From assembly GCF_000172995.2 (NCBI RefSeq), contig NC_014729.1, positions 1,500,001 through 1,532,000 of the forward strand: a stretch of 32,000 nucleotides of DNA, in the 5' to 3' direction. The position numbers and the translations under genes were made by a program. Positions 29,981 to 32,000 of the stretch are shown piece after piece. This DNA comes from Halogeometricum borinquense DSM 11551. GTDB lineage: Archaea; Halobacteriota; Halobacteria; Halobacteriales; Haloferacaceae. The stretch's first letter is position 1, and the number at the start of each line of letters is the position of its first letter. Below the pieces are notes generated by a model. That model was not told where the DNA came from. It ran no database searches and worked only from the letters and a program-made list of their open reading frames with translations.

Positions 29981-30295
29981 TTATCGATGGTTGCAGTCGG
30001 TTGTCTTTGCCCCGTTTTCAGGTGTGGTCTCGACCCGTTCTTGCGGAAAATTGACACAGTTTGTGCTGCTAGACGCGTTCTCCTCTAGATAATAGCATAT
30101 ACCAGCATAACCCCACTTATATTGTTCTATGCTGGCTAGCTTTTGAAAGTTATCTGTGTCTATGACTATATACTGGTGGTGCTTGGCTGCACTCACACAA
30201 ATAAAATTTTGAAATTCTGTTTCCTCTGATAGGACTGAAATAGTTTCTTGGCTCGATTGAAGCAGTTGACTTGAGCGTGCAGAGTGGAAGTTCAC
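29981..30295 (-). CDS. hypothetical protein in an AT-rich segment, upstream of the RHH-integrase pair
   Basis: 104-aa ORF on the same strand, ending 26 nt before the RHH start. Non-halophilic composition and low GC3, so it may not be coding. Confidence 0.3.
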   Translation of the reverse strand: MNFHSARSSQLLQSSQETISVLSEETEFQNFICVSAAKHHQYIVIDTDNFQKLASIEQYKWGYAGICYYLEENASSSTNCVNFPQERVETTPENGAKTTDCNHR

Positions 30296-31635
30296 GCCAT
30301 ATTAATTCAGAATATAATTCAGGAAATAATAGGGTTCTGGAGCGCTGTCTTCACCCCGTGTACCCTTGGGGTCACGGCCACGAAACGTGCTTCCAGAAAG
30401 GAGAAAATATTGCCCCAATCTGATCGTGTTCTCTCCGAGACGACGTTTTTACGCACAATTTCGTATCCCCCGACGAGCTGTCGGACTCGAACGCGGGTCC
30501 AGGGACGGGCCGTCCGAAAGGGGTGGATCAGCGAGAGTGTAGATCACCGTTCGAAAACGACGCCGTTCAAATAAGTGAACTCACGCTGATGTGCGTCTCT
30601 TTCGGTCCTGTGGTCGTATCATCGGTCGATGAAGTGGGACTGAATGGACGACCAAATGCTTCACCCGTCGTGTGCGTCATCGTTCGAGACTTTGTCGGAC
30701 GGAAGCAGTGGTGACGGTGAAAGCCATGGTTGAACGGGCGTTCGGGAACGAGAGGACCGATACGGTGATCGCTGTTCGGAGACGAGCCTGCTTCCTTCTC
30801 GGGGCATAGAACCCGCTATCTACTACACTTTCGTCGCGTCTGTAGGAAACCATCTCCGATTATACGGTCCTGTGTGCCCGGCTGAATCCCAGTTTTAAGG
30901 CTTCCAAGGGTATCTGAAGCCGAGGTACGGTTCGACACGCGATTGAGCAACCGCTGCTGATGTTTGGCCGTACTGCCCGGCACACTGTATTGTGCGATAC
31001 TAAGCGTGCCGTCGGCTCTCGAAACCACTGTCTGAGGTGTGTCGAACTCAGCGTCTGTGGCGTTCTCAGGTGTCGTTCGCCACGGTTGCTCTGCAACCGA
31101 TTGTGTCGTTCCCGTTCGATTCTTGCCGCGGATCTGCGGGACCGAATCGACTGTCCCGCGAGGTATGACCGCTTGAGAGCGTCGGAAGTGGTGCAGCGAT
31201 AGTTCGGTGGTGACCGGAGCGCCCGTGAGTACCTTAGACGGGCCTGAATGGGGCTGATACTCGTTCCATCCAATTCGGGAGTCCAGTCCTTGGACGGCTG
31301 GATCGCTTTCAAGGACTGTTCGCGTTAAGTGGTGTCGCAGTACGCTGGGTCAGTTGATCTGACTCCATCTGGTCGTTCTTCGATTCGTCGTTTCCTTGGA
31401 CGACTCGCGTACAGTTGCAGTTCTCGGTCCCGCGCGAGTGCCGAATGACCGGCGTACCGTGTACATGGTGCTGCGATATATCGATTGTTCGGGCGACATC
31501 TGGTGAATGGCATATGTTGCCACTCGACGCTGTAGTTGTTTGAGCCGCGACTGATAAATTTCATACTGCTATATCGAAACTGCGGATTTATTGTCCTCTA
31601 ACAGCGGTCACAATCTGCAATCTCACGGTGGCGGC

Positions 31636-32000
31636 TCAGACTTCGACGGGTTCGATAATGTCGGCGTCGTCGTTCACAGGACTGTTAACTCGCGTAGAGA
31701 CGGGGTACGCGCGCATCTCCGTGTCGGGATGGGTATCGAGGAGCGATTCGGCATCAGCAGCGTCGCCGTGCAGCCACGTTTCTTCTTCGTCGGGAGCGAG
31801 GATCACGGACATCCGGTCGTGGAGGTCCGAAACGAGTTCGTTCGGTTCCGCTGTGACGACGGTGAACGTCTCCAGTATCTCCGGTTCGGCGTCGGTCGCA
31901 TCTCCGTCGCCCGCAAAGTCGCCGAGTCCGGTCTGGGTTTGCGGTGGTTTCCAGCGTTCCCACAGGCCCGCCATCGCAAACGGCCGGTCGTCCTCGAAAG
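31636..32000 (-). CDS. SOS-response-associated peptidase (SRAP / DUF159, YedK-like), C-terminal part; N-terminus outside the window
   Basis: FAMAGLWERW, TFTVVTAEPNELVSDLHDRMSVIL, WL and AYPVSTRVNSPVNDD match the SRAP C-terminal half. The frame is open to the window end. Confidence 0.8.
   Translation of the reverse strand, partial: FEDDRPFAMAGLWERWKPPQTQTGLGDFAGDGDATDAEPEILETFTVVTAEPNELVSDLHDRMSVILAPDEEETWLHGDAADAESLLDTHPDTEMRAYPVSTRVNSPVNDDADIIEPVEV

Noticed and set aside
30478-30505. tRNA-like fragment (reverse complement reads GGACCCGCGTTCGAGTCCGACAGC, resembling a T-arm), which could have marked an integrase att site.
   Set aside because: The bases flanking the TTCGAGT loop are not complementary, so there is no 5-bp T stem. 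No acceptor or anticodon arms can be drawn either. This is not a tRNA or a clear tRNA 3' fragment.
28420-30790. Shared 10-mer GATCGCTGTT (near 28420 and 30768) as candidate att direct repeats flanking the integrase module.
   Set aside because: A single 10-nt match between these two regions is expected by chance at roughly 0.3, and there is no extended similarity.
30860-31312. 150-aa minus-strand ORF with moderate GC3.
   Set aside because: Extremely basic Arg/Ser-rich product with no recognisable domain. Kept only as part of the gene-poor-region finding.

Overview
High-GC sequence encoding very acidic proteins, so most likely a haloarchaeal (Halobacteria) chromosome. All calls rest on reading the ORF translations and the raw sequence; no searches were run.

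Left half, core genes:
- An aa3-type cytochrome oxidase cluster: coxB 3' end, a subunit I+III fusion, a subunit-IV-like gene and a small membrane gene.
- A GNAT acetyltransferase.
- A three-gene membrane operon that includes a C2H2-finger protein.
- A long FKBP-type prolyl isomerase (PPIase).
- A same-strand trio: YlbF-like, MinD/ParA-like ATPase, and a KaiC/Rad55-like protein with a degenerate Walker A.
- Dph2, a LOG/TIGR00725 protein, an MBL-fold hydrolase, a very acidic coiled-coil protein, a divergent HisG-like protein, and TrpRS.

Mobile element: an IS200/IS605-family element (tnpA + tnpB, about 11.95-13.99 kb) sits between two convergent genes, and both of those ORFs now read into the IS ends.

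Most unusual observation: three related, in-frame 51-54 nt modules lie inside the IS, one in tnpA and two in tnpB. Each consists of two perfect 7-9 bp stem / 3-nt loop hairpins. The tnpA copy splits the conserved PKYRR motif.

Right part (about 24.4-31.6 kb): looks lower in GC by eye and accessory. It holds a wHTH regulator, a small membrane protein, an RND/MMPL exporter, then a tyrosine integrase with an RHH protein, then about 1.3 kb with no convincing genes. The window ends in a partial SRAP (DUF159) gene. An orphan Tat-lipoprotein substrate-binding protein (SBP) lies just left of it at 22.5-23.7 kb.

No rRNA, tRNA or CRISPR array was found.
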